The notes under the pieces: model-generated
What the model saw: only the letters and a program-made list of their open reading frames with translations
Told to the model about the DNA's origin: nothing
Database searches by the model: none
Shown: in pieces, positions 61,790-64,000 of the stretch
How positions within the stretch are numbered: position 1 is the first letter of the stretch
How the letters are laid out: each line of letters begins with the position of its first letter
Virus record (IMG/VR): IMGVR_UViG_3300020221_000005
Coordinates: 39,352-103,351 of that record
From: a virus
Strand: one strand, 5' to 3'
DNA: 64,000 nucleotides
Program-made: the position numbers and the translations under genes

Positions 61790-62989
61790 ATGGCTTGGAA
61801 AGGAAATATAGATAATCCCGTTCCCAATAATATTCAATTGGGTAACAATGTAAATGACATTAAATTGTCCGAAAATCGTGCGTTAAATGTTCGTCGAGAT
61901 GATGATGTTAATAAAGATTTTACTGTTAATTTAATCGACATAGATACTGCGATTTATAATTATATAGATAAAAATATAAATATACAAGTCGTGGATAATG
62001 GCACGAATATAAAAGTGCCGATTTATTATGCTTCTCCTGAAAAATGGAAGGCCATTCAACAAGATGGTGTGTTACGTGATCAACAAGGAAAAATACAACT
62101 GCCTGTGATGGTTTTTAAAAGAAATTCTTTTTCAAAAAATTCAAGTTTAATGACGTTGAATAGACATTTAACATATCCGGTTATGAAAAAATTTGATGAA
62201 AAAAATAAATACGACAAATTCTCTTTGTTGAATAATCATGTCGCTCCTGTTCACCAAATTTTTGGCGTCACTCTTCCTGATCATATTGATGTAACATATG
62301 AATTTACATGTTGGTGTGAATATATCGAACAATTAAATAAAATAGTTCAGAAAATTAATTTTGCTTGTGAAGAATATTGGGGCGATCCAAAGCGGTTCAA
62401 ATTTCGTGTATACGCTAATGATTATAGTTTTACTACCGAAACAAGTACGGATGCTGATAGATTGGTCAGATCTACTTTTAGTTTAAAAGTAAAAGCCTAT
62501 CTTTTGGAAGAATCTCTAGAAAATAGACAAAACACTGTGAAACGAAGTCTCACTCCGCGAGTTATAAAAATAGGTACCGAAATTGTTTCTGGTGAACAAA
62601 TGGATCAAATAAATAAAAATTTAAAGAAAACTTCTTATAAAAAACCCACCGATTACCATTACGTAAACCCGTTGGTTCCTGATGATGAAACCTTTAGGAC
62701 GCCTAAAATTAATGTGGATGGGGCTACGGCGGACGTATCTAACCAAGATGTAGTCGCAATTCGTAGTTATTACGACAATCTCATTCAATCCACTAATACG
62801 GCTAATATCGTAGCGGTAGGATCTACAGGTGGACCTTTAATTAATTATACGGATATTTGGAAATCTGCTCCTGTTTCTTCTTCAGATCCTGGTCAAGAGG
62901 GGTGGATGGCATTTGATGGCAATTTTCACTATATTTATGTAAATGGAAGATGGAAACGAAAGTCTATAGCAGATTGGTCTTCTTTTTAA
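61790..62989 (+). CDS. tail terminator/completion protein (gp15-like) with C-terminal fibre-shoulder-like motif
   Basis: KVPIYYASPEKW, IQLPVM, PDHIDVTYEF..W...EQLNKIV, RLVRSTFSLKVKAYL; C-terminal PGQEGWMAFDGNFHYIYVNGRWKR. Confidence 0.7.
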   Translation: MAWKGNIDNPVPNNIQLGNNVNDIKLSENRALNVRRDDDVNKDFTVNLIDIDTAIYNYIDKNINIQVVDNGTNIKVPIYYASPEKWKAIQQDGVLRDQQGKIQLPVMVFKRNSFSKNSSLMTLNRHLTYPVMKKFDEKNKYDKFSLLNNHVAPVHQIFGVTLPDHIDVTYEFTCWCEYIEQLNKIVQKINFACEEYWGDPKRFKFRVYANDYSFTTETSTDADRLVRSTFSLKVKAYLLEESLENRQNTVKRSLTPRVIKIGTEIVSGEQMDQINKNLKKTSYKKPTDYHYVNPLVPDDETFRTPKINVDGATADVSNQDVVAIRSYYDNLIQSTNTANIVAVGSTGGPLINYTDIWKSAPVSSSDPGQEGWMAFDGNFHYIYVNGRWKRKSIADWSSF

Positions 62990-63038
62990 AAACAAATACA
63001 TATTACTTGTAGGGTTTTATATTTATATGATATAAAAT

Positions 63039-64000
63039 ATGGCAATCAATCCTTTAGATTTTTTATTTAATAGAAAAAATGCGGGAAATACGTCATTTCA
63101 AGAAGTAATTTTAAAAAATGCGTCTAGTTCGGTGGTTATTTTTGATGATACTTCTTCTTTAACTAGTAAAACGTTTGGTGAAATGGGATCGCTCATTACA
63201 CCGAAAACATCTTCTTATGCCATTACCGCTAGTTACGCAGATAATGCGGGTTCTTCTATTGTTACAGGTTCGCTTTATCCAATAACAAGTAGTTGGAGCT
63301 TAAATTCTATATCATCGTCTTATGCTTTAACGGCTAGTTATGCGTTGAATTCTAATGGAACATCAGGTACTAGTGGTACATCCGGTATAAGTGGAACGTC
63401 TGGAATAGATGGATCTTTTTTAGGTACGCACGGAACTTCTGGAACATCAGGCACAAATGGGACGAGTGGCACCAATGGAACCAGTGGCACTAATGGAACC
63501 AGTGGCACTAATGGAACAAGCGGCACCAACGGAACCAGTGGCACCGACGGAACAAATGGCACCAATGGAACTTCAGGTACGAGCGGAACTTCAGGTACTA
63601 ATGGAACAAGTGGCACCAATGGAACAAGTGGCACCAATGGAACAAGTGGCACCAATGGAACAAGTGGCACTGATGGAACCGACGGAACTTCTGGAACCAG
63701 TGGCACCAGTGGCACCAGTGGCATCAATGGAACTGATGGAACCGACGGAACTTCTGGTACCAGTGGCACCAATGGAACTTCTGGAACCGATGGAACAAGT
63801 GGCACCGATGGAACTTCTGGAACCGATGGAACAAGTGGCACCGATGGAACAAGTGGCACCAATGGAACTTCTGGAACCGATGGAACAAGTGGCACCGATG
63901 GAACAAGTGGCACCGATGGAACTTCTGGAACCGATGGAACAAGTGGCACCAATGGAACTTCTGGTACCGATGGAACAAGTGGCACCGATGGAACTTCTGG
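63039..64000 (+). CDS. Gly-Thr-(Ser/Asn/Asp) collagen-like repeat fibre protein, truncated by the window end (missing from the ORF track)
   Basis: ATG 63039 behind TATTTATA (63020): MAINPLDFLFNRKNAGNTSFQEV...SSYAITASYA...(GTS/GTN/GTD)n, open to 64000. Confidence 0.85.
   Translation, partial: MAINPLDFLFNRKNAGNTSFQEVILKNASSSVVIFDDTSSLTSKTFGEMGSLITPKTSSYAITASYADNAGSSIVTGSLYPITSSWSLNSISSSYALTASYALNSNGTSGTSGTSGISGTSGIDGSFLGTHGTSGTSGTNGTSGTNGTSGTNGTSGTNGTSGTNGTSGTDGTNGTNGTSGTSGTSGTNGTSGTNGTSGTNGTSGTNGTSGTDGTDGTSGTSGTSGTSGINGTDGTDGTSGTSGTNGTSGTDGTSGTDGTSGTDGTSGTDGTSGTNGTSGTDGTSGTDGTSGTDGTSGTDGTSGTNGTSGTDGTSGTDGTS
63358..64000 (+). repeat. 9-bp-unit mosaic tandem repeat (ggaacaagt/ggcaccaat/ggaaccgat/ggaacttct)
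   Basis: Directly visible. Confidence 0.95.

Noticed and set aside
63338-63985. Minus-strand VPx-repeat ORFs
   Set aside because: Shadows of the + strand GTx repeat gene starting at 63039.
1-64000. Stop-codon reassignment (TAG or TGA) as seen in some large phages
   Set aside because: Core genes (capsid, portal, terminase, ORFs over 1000 aa) are intact in code 11, and the split genes end in TAA.

Overview
This is a 64 kb, very AT-rich segment of a large T4-related (myovirus-type, probably jumbo) bacteriophage genome in the standard genetic code, almost all on the + strand. It holds most of the virion-morphogenesis region: baseplate genes (gp5-like spike, gp25, gp6, a large gp7-like protein), large beta-propeller adhesin-like proteins, terminase large subunit, portal, prohead protease, scaffold, major capsid protein, gp13/gp14/gp15-like neck genes and a (GT[S/N/D])n repeat fibre running off the end. 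Interspersed are PhoH, an HD hydrolase, Hsp20, a gp55-like late sigma factor, a RuvC-like resolvase, a primase, a fused Mre11-Rad50, a GMP reductase, a macrodomain and three free-standing endonuclease genes. No tRNA, rRNA, CRISPR array or reverse transcriptase was seen. The most notable candidate systems are: (1) unrelated proteins sharing an N-terminal 'M-I-K-L-x-x-L-L-x-E' leader and L-x-E sites, suggesting capsid-targeted, protease-matured cargo, including one protein that fuses three different nucleotidyltransferase folds; (2) a largely leaderless two-class promoter code, with late TATTTATA (the reverse complement of the T4 late promoter) and early TTGA-N16-TA...T-N6/7-ATG; (3) split structural genes carrying nested FG-GAP > Delta-60 > GC-rich RCC1 propeller insertions; (4) two convergent Vsr-like nuclease/GNAT(Mom-like) fusion genes flanking head genes. 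All family calls come from motif recognition by eye; no database searches were run.
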